NCBI RefSeq assembly: GCF_001457595.1
Contig: NZ_LN831039.1
Location: forward strand, 3,510,001 to 3,542,000
Source: Mycolicibacterium smegmatis
GTDB lineage: Bacteria; Actinomycetota; Actinomycetes; Mycobacteriales; Mycobacteriaceae
Length of the DNA stretch: 32,000 nucleotides
Reading direction: 5' to 3'
Shown here: piece by piece, positions 1 to 8,641 of the stretch
Position numbering within the stretch: position 1 is the first letter of the stretch
How the letters are laid out: the number at the start of each line of letters is the position of its first letter
The notes under the pieces: model-generated
Told to the model about the DNA's origin: nothing
What the model saw: only the letters and a program-made list of their open reading frames with translations
Database searches by the model: none
Made by a program: the position numbers and the translations under genes

Positions 1-2
1 CG

Positions 3-656
3 GGCATGGGAATTCAGTATCTGCTGTTGCGCTCGGGGCCCATGACCATGCCGCCGTCCACGCTCGGAGCCTTCGCCAAGAGCGACCCCACTCTGGCCAG
101 CCCTGACCTGGAGTGGCACGTGCAGCCATTGTCCCTGCCGAAGTTCGGCGAACCCCTGCACCCCTTCGCGGCCATCACTCCCTCGGTGTGCAATCTGCGC
201 CCAACTTCCCGCGGCCACGTGCGCATGGCCACCGCGGATCCGCTGGCCGACCCGAAGATCCTCTGCAACTACCTGTCCACGGACGACGATCGCGAAAAGG
301 CGGTGCGAGGCCTGCGAATGACGCGGCAGATCATGTCCGCCCCGGCACTGGCCCGATATTCTCCGGAGGAGATGCTTCCCGGCCCGCAGCTGGCGAGTGA
401 CGACGATCTGCAACAGGCGGCGCGCGAATTGGGTACGACGATCTTCCATCCGGTCGGCACGTGTGCAATGGGTGCGTTCGACACACATGGTCTGCCTACC
501 TCGGCCACCACAGTTCTCGATACCGATCTGCGCGTCTTCCGGGTCGCCGGTCTGAGGGTGGCCGATGCCTCCGCGATGCCGAACATCACTTCCGGCAACA
601 CAAATGCGCCGGTGATGCTCATCGCAGAACGCGCCGCGCGCGCGATCCTGGGATGA
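3..656 (+). CDS. GMC-family oxidoreductase (choline dehydrogenase-like), C-terminal part; 5' end outside window
   Basis: Open frame from window start; HPVGTCAMG...LRVFRVAGLRVADASAMPNITSGNTNAPVMLIAERAA is the typical GMC C-terminal signature. Confidence 0.9.
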   Translation, partial: GMGIQYLLLRSGPMTMPPSTLGAFAKSDPTLASPDLEWHVQPLSLPKFGEPLHPFAAITPSVCNLRPTSRGHVRMATADPLADPKILCNYLSTDDDREKAVRGLRMTRQIMSAPALARYSPEEMLPGPQLASDDDLQQAARELGTTIFHPVGTCAMGAFDTHGLPTSATTVLDTDLRVFRVAGLRVADASAMPNITSGNTNAPVMLIAERAARAILG

Positions 657-673
657 CTCGATAATCTTCGTGT

Positions 674-1588
674 ATGGCCGACCGCACGCAGTTGGGTGCC
701 GCGACCATCTCACGGGTGGTCGAATGGCGTCTTGATCTACCGCTCACCATGTTTCCCCGCACCCCGCACGACGTGTGGCAGGAACTCGCGTCCGAACTGA
801 GCCCCACGTTCTGGAACTCCGACAAGTGGCACGCCCTGGTGCAGACGTGGGTCGTCGAGGTCGACGGACTCACGGTGCTGGTCGACACCGGCGTCGGCAA
901 CGGTCGCGACCGCCCGGCCATGCCATTCCTGGCTGGTCTCGACACCGATTTCCTCGAGGCGCTCGAAGCCGCGGGCGTCTCCCCCGCCTCGGTGGACATC
1001 GTCGTCAACACCCACGTCCACACCGACCACGTCGGGTGGAACACCAGACGCGAGAACGATCGATGGGTGCCGACCTTCCCGAACGCCCGCTATCTCGTGC
1101 CGGAAGCCGACTACCGCTACTACCACCCGGAAAATGCCGACGCCCGGGGCCCCGGCCGGGACGAGGAACATCAGGCGCGACTCGATGCGAGCCGAATCCT
1201 GTTCTCCGACAGTATTCTTCCTGTTGACGAGGCGGGTCAGATCCAACTGTGGTGCGATGACTACCAGATCAGCGAGTCGCTGAGGTTGCGGCCCGCTCCG
1301 GGCCACACACCCGGCTCATCGGTGCTGTGGCTGGATGCGGGCCGACCGGCGGTGTTCGTCGGGGACCTCACCCACAGCCCCATGCAGATCCACCACCCCA
1401 CGGATTCATGTGTGCTCGACGAGGACTTCGACCAAGCCGCAGTGACGCGTCGACGCGTGCTGACCGAGGCGTCCAGGCGGCGTGCCGCCGTCATTCCCGC
1501 GCACTATCCGGGGCACGGCGGGGCGACCGTGGTGGCACGCGGCGACGCGTTCATGATCGACGGTTGGCTGAACGTCGACGCGTTGTGA
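674..1588 (+). CDS. MBL-fold metallo-hydrolase
   Basis: Zn-binding motif VVNTHVHTDHVGWN, downstream PGHTPGSS and HYPGHGG; 304-codon ORF. Confidence 0.9.
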   Translation: MADRTQLGAATISRVVEWRLDLPLTMFPRTPHDVWQELASELSPTFWNSDKWHALVQTWVVEVDGLTVLVDTGVGNGRDRPAMPFLAGLDTDFLEALEAAGVSPASVDIVVNTHVHTDHVGWNTRRENDRWVPTFPNARYLVPEADYRYYHPENADARGPGRDEEHQARLDASRILFSDSILPVDEAGQIQLWCDDYQISESLRLRPAPGHTPGSSVLWLDAGRPAVFVGDLTHSPMQIHHPTDSCVLDEDFDQAAVTRRRVLTEASRRRAAVIPAHYPGHGGATVVARGDAFMIDGWLNVDAL

Positions 1589-1746
1589 AGCTGAACCCCG
1601 AAGCCCAGCGCAGTCGGCAGCTCACGACGCGCACCTTTCAGGCGCGTGGAGCGGCAAGCGATTTTCCGTCATCGAATCCGCTCCGACCCCTGGCGGCCGC
1701 GTGGGCAGGGTACGCCGTGATTTGCGCCTACGGCCCTCGTACCGCG

Positions 1747-2430
1747 TCAGAGCGTGGCGGCGGTGGCCTGGTTGTACAGGTCCGCGGCCGCGCCCATCGC
1801 GGCCCGGACGGTGTTGTAGTAGTGCGTACCGACGCCACCACTGCGGTATTTGCGCAGCTGCGGGTTCTGGGCGAGCGTCGCCGCGAGAACGTTGTCGCTG
1901 GTGCCGTACTTCCTGAACGCATCATTGAATCGGACAATGAACCGGGCGATTGCCTTGTTGGGGTCCTGGCGCTCTTCGACCGTGCCGAAGCTGGCTTTTT
2001 CCTGGAACAGGCCGATGACCTCGTCAGCCCTGGTACCGCGGCTCCCATAGGCCTGCACACCACCGGAGACCGCAGGACGAAAACCGGACTCGATCTTTGC
2101 GGTGGCGATGATCGTCTTGATCTGGTCTTCATTCAGCCCGGCCGCCTGTCCCTGGGCCACGATTGCCCTGACGACCGCCTGCGCGTCGGAGTCCTTGGTC
2201 ACGGCGGCCACCGGCGCGGGTGCAGCCACCGGCGCGGGGGCGGGTGCGACGACCGGCGCCACCGCGGCTTCCAGCGCAGGCTGTTGCTCAACTGCGACGG
2301 CGGCCTCGCGGTTCGTGGGCGTCGACAGCAGACCCGCCCCACCGATGCCCGTCATCACGAGCACGCCGGCGAGGATCTTCTTCACAGGTTTCTGCGCGCC
2401 GGATGTGGCAGGCATTCGGTGTTTCGGCAT
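1747..2430 (-). CDS. Secreted lysozyme/transglycosylase-like protein (hypothetical)
   Basis: Start taken at MPKHRMPATS (ATG complement at 2428-2430). Signal/TM segment KKILAGVLVMTGIGGAGL, Ala/Pro-rich linker, lysozyme-like core IKTIIATAKIESGFRPAVSGG...GLFQEKASFG. The longer ORF to 2652 lacks protein-like N-terminal sequence. Confidence 0.7.
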   Translation of the reverse strand: MPKHRMPATSGAQKPVKKILAGVLVMTGIGGAGLLSTPTNREAAVAVEQQPALEAAVAPVVAPAPAPVAAPAPVAAVTKDSDAQAVVRAIVAQGQAAGLNEDQIKTIIATAKIESGFRPAVSGGVQAYGSRGTRADEVIGLFQEKASFGTVEERQDPNKAIARFIVRFNDAFRKYGTSDNVLAATLAQNPQLRKYRSGGVGTHYYNTVRAAMGAAADLYNQATAATL

Positions 2431-3172
2431 AGTTCTGCTCTCTTCTGGGGTGTGAACTTGTGGATCCGTGTGCCGGACCTCGTACTCCCCCTCGAAACCC
2501 CGCCGCCCGGGAGCTGAGCAGCGTGGCGTGACCGCGCACGGGTCGCGATCCGGTGACTTGTCACCGAAATGGTCGGTGCACGCCAGCAAAATTTGCTGAG
2601 CGCGTTGCAGTCGCAGCGACGCACGAACTGGCCGACCTAGGACACACCACACCCGTGGTGCGGATATTCCCGATTTGCCATGTTGTGATCGGCGTCACCC
2701 AAACTGGTGCTACTGCACTGTCGCCGTTAGCCGTGAACTGTATTAAAACAATCGCGATCTCGCAAAATCGCACAGGAACCTCACAAGTTTCCTCAGGCGT
2801 TCCGCGCATTGTCCAAATGGGACACCATGTTTGCTGAAAGTGCGACTAGAGGTGGCTGTGCGGGGTCGATCCCGGTGGTAACACAGCCAGGTGGCGTTCG
2901 AACGAATCGGTATAGCTTCACATCGAATTCTCATACCCTGCAATAGGTTTACCGGAGTCGGCATTGAAACCTGGTGGGAAACAAGACAGTTGATTGCGAG
3001 CCATCCATTCCGGTCAGCATCGATCCACGGTGGACCCAACCGGCCCCCCACTGACGCGCCACCGGTGATCGGACCGGCGCAGAACCCGGCCTGCGCGGAC
3101 GCGCCGGGCACCGGTGGAGTCGCACGCGGGGCACCCGGATTCCTCCGTAGCGCGTCTGCGTAGAGTCGGCCC

Positions 3173-3958
3173 GTGACCGACGCAGCAACACCTGAGAATC
3201 CCTTCGATCTGACCGGCCACGTCGCGGTTGTCACCGGCGGCGGTTCCGGCATAGGCCTGGGTATGGCCGAGGGGCTGGCCCGCGCCGGCGCTGCTGTGGC
3301 CATCCTCGGACGCACCGCCTCCCGCCTGGAGACCGCTGCGGAGCACCTACGACGGCACGCCCGGCCCGTTCTTCCGCTGGTGTGCGACGTCGCCGACGAG
3401 CAGGCGACCACGGCTGCCATGGCGCGTGTTCGTGGCGAATTCGGTTTTCTGGACTCGTGTTTCGCCAACGCCGGGGTGCGTGGTGAGTTCACTCCGGTTC
3501 TGGAGACGTCGCTGGAGATGTTCCGGGAAGTCACGCGCGTCGACCTGGACGGCGTGTTCGTCACGCTTCGTGAAGCGGCGCGCCAGATGATCGAGGCGGG
3601 TCGCGGTGGCAGCCTGGTGGCGGTGTCCAGCCTGGGCGCGTTCCAGGGCATGCCGCGCCAACCCGCTTACGCGGCGTCGAAGGCCGGCGTCGCGTCACTG
3701 ATCGACAGCATGGCCGTCGAGTTGGCCCGTCACGGAATCCGCGCCAACACGGTGGCGCCCGGATGGTTCGACACCGAGATGACCGCGGACGGTTTGGCCG
3801 ACGAACGCTTCCGCGAGCGTGTGTTGCCGCGTGTCCCGGTGCGGCGGTGGGGTGCCGCGGACGACATCGGCGGAGTGGCGGTCTATCTGGCTGGTTCGGC
3901 CAGCCGGTACCACACCGGCGACGTGCTGCGTATCGACGGCGGCTACCTCAAGTTCTAG
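3173..3958 (+). CDS. SDR-family NAD(P)-dependent oxidoreductase
   Basis: TGGGSGIGLG cofactor motif, YAASKAG catalytic motif, GTG start. Confidence 0.92.
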   Translation: MTDAATPENPFDLTGHVAVVTGGGSGIGLGMAEGLARAGAAVAILGRTASRLETAAEHLRRHARPVLPLVCDVADEQATTAAMARVRGEFGFLDSCFANAGVRGEFTPVLETSLEMFREVTRVDLDGVFVTLREAARQMIEAGRGGSLVAVSSLGAFQGMPRQPAYAASKAGVASLIDSMAVELARHGIRANTVAPGWFDTEMTADGLADERFRERVLPRVPVRRWGAADDIGGVAVYLAGSASRYHTGDVLRIDGGYLKF

Positions 3959-5127
3959 CCGGCGGGTCGGTCGTCGGTGTCCTCGAGCATGAGGGGCGGT
4001 TGCGGGCCCACCGCGTAGACGTGGTCAGGTGTCGCGATGGTGGTCACCACATCCGCGATCTGCCCCGCCGAATGCGGTTCGGGCACATCGGAGTTGACGA
4101 ACACGACCAATGTGGCGTCGCGCTGCGGGAGGTAGACCGCGACCGTGGCGTAACCCGGGATGTCGCCGTTGTGCCCGCGCCAGCCCTGGACGTCGAAGAT
4201 CGTGAATGCGTAGTCGACCCCGGGGACCACCTCGGAACCGTTGCTGATCCGCTCGGCCTGTGTGTCCGGCTGCAGCAGCGCACCGCTGCCCAACACCTTG
4301 GTCCACGTTCGCATGTCGTGGACATTCGACACGATCTTCCCGGCTGCGTCCGCCCACGAGGGGTTCCACAGCGTGGTGTCCACGATCGCGTCGTTCGGCG
4401 CCTTGTTGTACCCGTGCGCATATGGCCCGGGTAACCAGCCATTGCCCGGATAGCTGGTCTGGCTCAACCCCACCGGGCCGAAGATGTTGTCCTGCAGATA
4501 CTGTCCCAGCGGCACTCCGGCCACCTTCTCCACCACCATGCCGAGCAGCACGGTGTTGGTGTTGGAGTACTCGTACCGGCTGCCCGGTGTGAACTTCAGC
4601 GGTTGCGCGAACGCCGACTCGACCAGTTCGCGGGGAGTCACGGCGAAAGCATCTGGCCCCGTGGGTGATTCGCGGTAGAGCCGTTCGATGAAGTCACCCG
4701 TCTCGGTGTAGTCAATGAGCCCGCTGCGCATCCGGCCGAGTAGATCGAGCGTGATCACCTCACCGGACGGAACACCTTCGACATACCGGGAAATTGGGTC
4801 GCTCAAGCGGATTCGCCCCTGCTCGACGAGCTGTAGGATCGCGGTTCCGGTGAATGTCTTCGTGACACTGCCGATGCGGTGGTGGTTGTCCACCAGCATG
4901 GGGACCCCTGTGGCTGTGTCACCCACACCGAACGTCTTCACGTAGTCGATCTCACCGGGGATCGACAGGCTCACGATCGCACCTGGCGCACCCATCTGCG
5001 CCAGCCGCGCTTCTATCGCGCGATCCAGCCTCGCGGCCAACTCGAGCGGTTGCGCTGTGACCGGCGGCGGCACAACCAGTGCCAGAATCGCCAGGAGGAT
5101 CGTCGCCGATGTCCGTGCGGCTCGCAT
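3955..5127 (-). CDS. Serine hydrolase of the beta-lactamase / DD-peptidase family, exported
   Basis: Signal peptide MRAARTSATTILLAILALVVPPPVTAQP; SxxK motif in GSVTKTFTG, YSN, HNGDIPG; start at ATG complement 5125-5127. Confidence 0.85.
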   Translation of the reverse strand: MRAARTSATILLAILALVVPPPVTAQPLELAARLDRAIEARLAQMGAPGAIVSLSIPGEIDYVKTFGVGDTATGVPMLVDNHHRIGSVTKTFTGTAILQLVEQGRIRLSDPISRYVEGVPSGEVITLDLLGRMRSGLIDYTETGDFIERLYRESPTGPDAFAVTPRELVESAFAQPLKFTPGSRYEYSNTNTVLLGMVVEKVAGVPLGQYLQDNIFGPVGLSQTSYPGNGWLPGPYAHGYNKAPNDAIVDTTLWNPSWADAAGKIVSNVHDMRTWTKVLGSGALLQPDTQAERISNGSEVVPGVDYAFTIFDVQGWRGHNGDIPGYATVAVYLPQRDATLVVFVNSDVPEPHSAGQIADVVTTIATPDHVYAVGPQPPLMLEDTDDRPAG

Positions 5128-5305
5128 GGTGCAACCTCCACGTCGACAGCGCGCTGTGGCCAGGGGGACGCGCATTCGCGCAGAGCATATCCCCGATCCA
5201 CGCCCCGGTGTCGGTTGCCGGAGTTTTGCCCGCCCATCGGTCGATGCATTCGATACGGACGTGCGGTAGAACTGCGATGAGGACGTCACCAACGAGAGGA
5301 TCGCC

Positions 5306-5695
5306 ATGGTCGCCGTGCCCGAGGGTTACGAATCTCTGCTCGAACGGCCCCTGTACGGGCATCTCGCCACTGTCCGTCCTGATGGCACTCCTCAGGTGAA
5401 CGCGATGTGGTTCGCCTGGGACGGTGAGGTGCTGCGGTTCACCCACACCACCAAGCGGCAGAAGTACCGCAACATCAAGGCGAATCCGGCGGTCGCGATG
5501 TCCGTCATCGATCCCGACAACCCCTACCGCTACCTCGAGGTGCGCGGCCTGGTCGAGGACATCGTGCCCGACCCCACCGGCGCGTTCTACCTCAAGCTGA
5601 ACGACCGTTACGACGGCCCGTTGACCGAGCCACCCGCCGACAAGGCCGATCGCGTGATCATCGTGGTGAGGCCGACCGCGTTCAGCAAGCAGTAG
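5306..5695 (+). CDS. PPOX-class (F420/FMN split-barrel) oxidoreductase
   Basis: LLERPLYGHLATVRPDGTPQVNAMWFAWDG...KRQKYRNIKANPAVAMSVIDPDNPYRYLEVRG, typical of the family. Confidence 0.88.
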   Translation: MVAVPEGYESLLERPLYGHLATVRPDGTPQVNAMWFAWDGEVLRFTHTTKRQKYRNIKANPAVAMSVIDPDNPYRYLEVRGLVEDIVPDPTGAFYLKLNDRYDGPLTEPPADKADRVIIVVRPTAFSKQ

Positions 5696-5702
5696 CCGAT
5701 AC

Positions 5703-6320
5703 TCACCGCCAGCGGTCGGCACACTCCAACAGTTCGGCCTCCACTTCTGCGACCGGACGGTAAAAGTCGCCTTCGGCGGCCGGTGGTTCGCTGTGGACGA
5801 CGAATCCTTCGACGTCCATGGCCATGAACCCGCCGAGGATCGTGAAGAACGGTCCGACGGCGAGGTCGGTGCGAGGATCCTGCCCCGTGGGTGTCGCGCG
5901 GGCCGAGACAACGGCCACCCGCTTTCCGCGCAGCGGGCACACTCCCTCGGCGGCCGGCGATGTCAGTCCGATCACGTGCACGTAGTCCAGCCACGCCTTG
6001 ATCGTCGAGGGCATCGACGAGTTGTACATCGGTGCGCCGATGACAACTGCGTCGGCTTCGCTCAATTCGGTCACCAGGGCGGACTGCAGCGCCTCGGCAG
6101 AAGCCGAAGGAGCCTGCGCATCCTGTGGGCGGGTGTCGGCGGTGAAGTGCAATGCGTTGGTCGGGAGGTGCGGCAACTGCTCGACGTGCAGATCGCGCCG
6201 GCGAATCTCCCGGTCGGGCGCACCGGCCGCCCACCGCTGAGCGAACTTCTCGGTCAGGTATCGGGACACCGAAGACGACAGGTTCGCTGAAGAGTCAAGC
6301 TGCAGGATGTAAGGCACCAC
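5703..6320 (-). CDS. FMN-dependent NADH-azoreductase / NAD(P)H quinone oxidoreductase-like flavodoxin-fold protein
   Basis: AzoR-like sequence: VIGAPMYNSSMPSTIKAWLDYV, VFTILGGFMA region; GTG start. Confidence 0.85.
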   Translation of the reverse strand: MVPYILQLDSSANLSSSVSRYLTEKFAQRWAAGAPDREIRRRDLHVEQLPHLPTNALHFTADTRPQDAQAPSASAEALQSALVTELSEADAVVIGAPMYNSSMPSTIKAWLDYVHVIGLTSPAAEGVCPLRGKRVAVVSARATPTGQDPRTDLAVGPFFTILGGFMAMDVEGFVVHSEPPAAEGDFYRPVAEVEAELLECADRWR

Positions 6321-6374
6321 GTGATCCTACGGGGTCGGTGACGGCGCAATATGTTCGAGTGCACTGCGTATGCC

Positions 6375-6403
6375 TTGACAGTTATATTCCGATGGCGGAA
6401 TAT
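6375..6403 (+). promoter_or_regulatory. Candidate promoter of the ArsR-type gene: TTGACA - 17 nt - GAATAT
   Basis: TTGACA at 6375-6380, GAATAT at 6398-6403; GTG start codon begins 7 nt after the last -10 base. Confidence 0.6.
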
Positions 6404-6408
6404 AACTG
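6379..6408. promoter_or_regulatory. Perfect inverted repeat, likely operator: CAGTTATATTCCG-atgg-CGGAATATAACTG
   Basis: 13-bp perfect arms with 4-bp spacer overlapping the promoter, ending 1 bp before the regulator start codon. Confidence 0.75.
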
Positions 6409-6409
6409 A

Positions 6410-6727
6410 GTGCGCACCGATCCGTTCGCTGTGCTCGCCGAGCCGGCTCGTCGAGACATCCTCGACCAGCTGCGCCTCGGCGAGTCGAGCGTCACGGAGC
6501 TCGTCGAACACCTCCGACTGTCGCAACCGAGCGTCTCCAAGCATCTGAAGGTGCTGCGTGAGGCCGGCTTCGTCAGTACAACGGTTGCGGCCCAACGGCG
6601 CATATACCGGCTCGAACCGTCCCAGCTGAAAGCCGTCGACGAGTGGCTGGAGGGTTACCGGGCGATGTGGACGCGCAATCTGGACGCGATCGAAGAGCAC
6701 CCTGAGGGGCCACGGCCTCGAAGGTGA
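6410..6727 (+). CDS. ArsR-family HTH transcriptional regulator
   Basis: RTDPFAVLAEPARRDILDQLRLGESSVTELVEHLRLSQPSVSKHLKVLREAGFVSTTVAAQRRIYRLEP is the classic ArsR winged HTH. Confidence 0.93.
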   Translation: MRTDPFAVLAEPARRDILDQLRLGESSVTELVEHLRLSQPSVSKHLKVLREAGFVSTTVAAQRRIYRLEPSQLKAVDEWLEGYRAMWTRNLDAIEEHPEGPRPRR

Positions 6728-6995
6728 TGTCCGCGGGGTCGAGATCGACCCCCGCGTGGGCGGTCGGTTCTTCTTCTCGGACGTGCGCGGTGGTCAGGAA
6801 GCGGAACACTGGGGAACATATCGGGCACTGAAGCGACCGACTCTCATCGAGATCACGCCGGAAACACAGGGCTGTTCGGTCGTCCTCACCCACAAGATGG
6901 ACGAGGCTTGTGCCGAGTACCGCGAACAGACCCAAGCGGGATGGCGCACGATGCTGACCGCGATCGGCCAGATGCGACGGCAAGTCGCTGACAGC
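6717..6995 (+). pseudogene. Remnant of SRPBCC/AHSA1-domain protein
   Basis: Frame reads LEGDVRGVEIDPRVGGRFFFSDVRGGQEAEHWGTYRALKRPTLI-EITPETQGCSVVLTHKMDE...AGWRTMLTAIGQ. No N-terminal third and no proper start; an internal segment normally between the 'RP..L' and 'I.P..' parts is absent; the frame has no stop at the domain end. Confidence 0.45.
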
Positions 6996-6998
6996 CGG

Positions 6999-7145
6999 TC
7001 AGTTGTCTTCGTCGTCGTTGCGGTGTGCTGCCTCGATCACCTCAGGTGGCACCGGCCGCTGCAGCCAGGCCCGCATCCGCAACAACCCGCCGGCGATCGT
7101 CCCGATCGCGAGTATCGCGATGACGATCCAGAACGCAGTGGACAT
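6999..7145 (-). CDS. Small single-pass membrane protein (hypothetical)
   Basis: MSTAFWIVIAILAIGTIAGGLLRMRAWLQRPVPPEVIEAAHRNDDEDN, one TM helix; ATG complement at 7143-7145. Confidence 0.5.
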   Translation of the reverse strand: MSTAFWIVIAILAIGTIAGGLLRMRAWLQRPVPPEVIEAAHRNDDEDN

Positions 7146-7229
7146 ACGGCGATTGTCTCCCGTGCGACAGGAAAAGCGCAGGCAATAGCGCAAGGGCGTA
7201 GCCAACCACTTGTGCGGCGCGTGGATGGC

Positions 7230-8159
7230 CTACCGGGCCGGCCCCGCATCGAGGTTGGCGCGCGCCCATTCCTCGGCGGTCGTCGTGGCGATGCCGCGGG
7301 CCTCGTTGAACGTGCCCGATTTCGGCCATGCGACGCCTTTGCCCTGCGCAAACGCCGCGCGGTACTTGGCCAGACCGTCGTCAGGACGACCAGCTAGCTC
7401 CTCCAGCAGGTACGCGACGGTCCATTCGTTGCGGGTCACGGGCACTCCCCTGACCTTCTCGACGATGTCGGCGAGTTCGCGGTAGGAAATCGTATCTCCT
7501 GCGACATAGACGACCTGGTTTGCGATACGCGGGCGGGTCTGGATGATTTCAGCGGTCAGGACACCGATGTCCTCCGGGGTGGTGACGGTGACCTCGGTGT
7601 CCCAACTGCCGAGCGCGTTCACGGTGTTGGCGGCGAGGTCGACAACCCCGAAGTCGGGCTCGAACAGGAAGCTGGTGAACATCCCCGTCGACACGATCAC
7701 CCATTCGGTGTCGTCCTGGGCGCGGAGCATGTCCCTGACGTCGAGTTGCTCGTCGAACAGATCCTGCGGGCTGCCATGACCGATCGCGTCATAGTCGACA
7801 CCGAACTGCCACGGAAAATACCGGGAAACACGCGCCGCCAGCGCTGCCTCGGTGATCTTCCGCTGAGTACCGGGCCCGGCCGCAAAACCGATGCAGCTCA
7901 CCACTGTGTCGTACCTGCTGAAGACAGCCGACAACTCCGACACCGTTGCCGTTGCCACGTCCGCCTGTTCTACCTTCGCGCCCAGCGCGGCCAGTTCGTC
8001 TCGCAGCCGGGCGTGCCGGGGAGTGCCGGACGGCCTCAGCAGTACTGTCACCTCGGGGGCATCGTCGCGCCGAATCAGCGCAGCGACAACACTGCCGCCG
8101 AGCTCGCCGGCGCCGATGACAAGAATTTCTTCATGGTCTGATGAGTGTGATGCGGTCAT
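7230..8159 (-). CDS. NmrA-like / isoflavone reductase-like NAD(P)-binding protein
   Basis: ILVIGAGELGGSVVAAL Rossmann motif, SRYFPWQFGVDYDAIG, internal start chosen at MTASHSSDHEE. Confidence 0.85.
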   Translation of the reverse strand: MTASHSSDHEEILVIGAGELGGSVVAALIRRDDAPEVTVLLRPSGTPRHARLRDELAALGAKVEQADVATATVSELSAVFSRYDTVVSCIGFAAGPGTQRKITEAALAARVSRYFPWQFGVDYDAIGHGSPQDLFDEQLDVRDMLRAQDDTEWVIVSTGMFTSFLFEPDFGVVDLAANTVNALGSWDTEVTVTTPEDIGVLTAEIIQTRPRIANQVVYVAGDTISYRELADIVEKVRGVPVTRNEWTVAYLLEELAGRPDDGLAKYRAAFAQGKGVAWPKSGTFNEARGIATTTAEEWARANLDAGPAR

Positions 8160-8641
8160 ACCTGTTCTCTCGGTTGGTGTTCTGGGCTCAGCGCCGAGCC
8201 ATGTTCCCGGAAGATGCACCAGCGGTTACCATGTCGGCGAAGAGCCAGGGATGATCGGGTGGGAACGACTTCCACGTCGCCGTTGTCGAACTCGAACCGA
8301 CTGCGAAAACACACGTCCGCAACGGCAAGGTCACCCGATACGGCCACGTGCGGGCCATCGATGATGGTGTTGTCCAGCGCCACAAGCTTTGTCAACGTAC
8401 GGTCCCAGATGGCCGCATACGATGCAGCCGAGCGGCAGAGCGCGCGATCGGGATCGGCGTTGTCGTGGAGTAGGACGTCAGCGCTGTCCCAATCATAGAA
8501 GGAGTCGAGCAGGCGACGGAAGTTGAACGTCTCACCACGTTCCAGGTGCCAGCCGTCGGTGACCCACTGAGAGACGAAGGCACGAAGTCCAGCGAGGGTT
8601 TCCGTTGCGGCATCGTTGGGTTGTTCAGCCGAGGTCGTCAT
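8156..8641 (-). CDS. Nuclear transport factor 2 / SnoaL-like family protein
   Basis: 161-codon ORF MTTSAEQPNDAATETL...FNFRRLLDSFYDWDSADVLLHDNADPD...; overlaps both neighbours by 4 nt, as expected for an operon. Confidence 0.7.
   Translation of the reverse strand: MTTSAEQPNDAATETLAGLRAFVSQWVTDGWHLERGETFNFRRLLDSFYDWDSADVLLHDNADPDRALCRSAASYAAIWDRTLTKLVALDNTIIDGPHVAVSGDLAVADVCFRSRFEFDNGDVEVVPTRSSLALRRHGNRWCIFREHGSALSPEHQPREQV

Noticed and set aside
2553-2837. 94-codon plus-strand ORF in the 2431-3172 gap (also 2891-3163, 90 codons)
   Set aside because: No RBS, no recognisable motif, unusual composition; not supportable as CDS although the region may be regulatory.
6756-7397. 213-codon ORF as an intact SRPBCC protein
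   Set aside because: Only the first ~80 codons resemble AHSA1; the rest runs antisense into the small membrane protein and NmrA-like genes and is not domain-like.
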